Part shown: piece by piece, positions 63,117 to 64,000 of the stretch | How the letters are laid out: every line of letters starts with the position of its first letter | Numbering within the stretch: position 1 is the stretch's first letter | Assembly (NCBI GenBank): GCA_951406725.2 | Contig: OX597823.1 | Location: 90,396,001 to 90,460,000, forward strand | Length of the DNA stretch: 64,000 nucleotides | Origin: Octopus vulgaris | Taxonomy: Eukaryota | Reading direction: 5' to 3' | Position numbers and translations under genes: made by a program | The notes under the pieces: model-generated | Database searches by the model: none | The model's input: the letters and a program-made list of their open reading frames with translations, nothing else | What the model was told of the DNA's origin: nothing

Positions 63117-64000
63117 TAACTGTAAATAATTATTATTTTCATTCTCTTTGGAGTCACTTCTTTTTCATGGTTACTATGGCTGGATGCCCTTTCTAACAAC
63201 AACCACTTAACAAAGTGTACTGGGTCCTTTTTTTACATGTCACCAGCACTTGATTTGGATAGGATCCTATAGAGGAAGTGCCTAAGGATTCAACCCTGCA
63301 TGACCTTCCCAGGAACAGTCAGTGGAGAAGATGGATGGAGAGTCTGAGACTGAAAAGTTTATCAAATTTTTCATGCCAGCTCCTTTCAAACAGTTCAATC
63401 CATGTCAACATGGAAAATGGACATTAAATGATGATCAAGATGATCTATGTGTGTGCGTGTGTGAATGTGTGTGGTGCGAGATGTTAGTATCTCCTTGCCT
63501 TGACACTGCATGATAATCGTAAATGAGTGCCACTGTTTTACAAGCAGTGTTCTTTGTTTCCAATCTGTAGTGAAAACACGTCTGCCCATGGGGAAAATAT
63601 CACCTTGCTTGGAAAGAGCTGAGGTTTGACGACAAGAAGGGCATCTGGCCATAGAAAATCTGCCTCAACAAATTCTCTCCAAGCTTGGAAGAATGGATGT
63701 TAAACAATGATGGTTGAAGATTAGAGAAAATGGGTTTAAAAATATAAATATACAATCTCATCTTTACTAAATGGAAGTGAATGACCTTCAAATGTCTCTA
63801 GGAAAAACCTAATTTTCTTTTCTCACCAAATTTTTACAATGTTACCATTATCTCTAGTGAATTCACATTGCACTTTTAAGAGTGTGGAAATTGGTTCAAG
63901 AACTTGTTTCTCTGCTGAGGTGTGTGTGTGTGTGTGTGTAGTGGGGGGAACAGTTTATTTTACATTGGGAATTCATTGATGTTATTTATTAAACCAAGAA

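Overview
This is AT-rich animal genomic DNA, dense in (TA)n, (CA)n, (CAT)n and (TAGA)n microsatellites. The SINE and LINE repertoire resembles that of coleoid cephalopods (Octopus); this is an inference from repeat families. No intact host protein-coding gene could be supported, and nearly all supplied ORFs are translations of microsatellites or SINEs. The window reads as intronic or intergenic sequence built from: three tRNA-derived SINE families; many 3' ends of an RTE-type LINE; a 5'-truncated Tx1/L1-like LINE (38.3-39.7 kb); a Penelope-like GIY-YIG retroelement between inverted terminal repeats (41.3-42.6 kb); and piggyBac and mariner derivatives. The main hidden signal is a dispersed set of at least ten sequence-diverse minimal type-I hammerhead-ribozyme motifs. 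One has a fully canonical core (26651-26694), and two pairs sit in inverted repeats. These most likely mark Penelope-like terminal repeats or retrozyme-like elements. A CpG-rich unique island at about 9.25-9.55 kb is the best candidate for a real host exon or promoter. Repeat boundaries are approximate unless a TSD or TIR is quoted.
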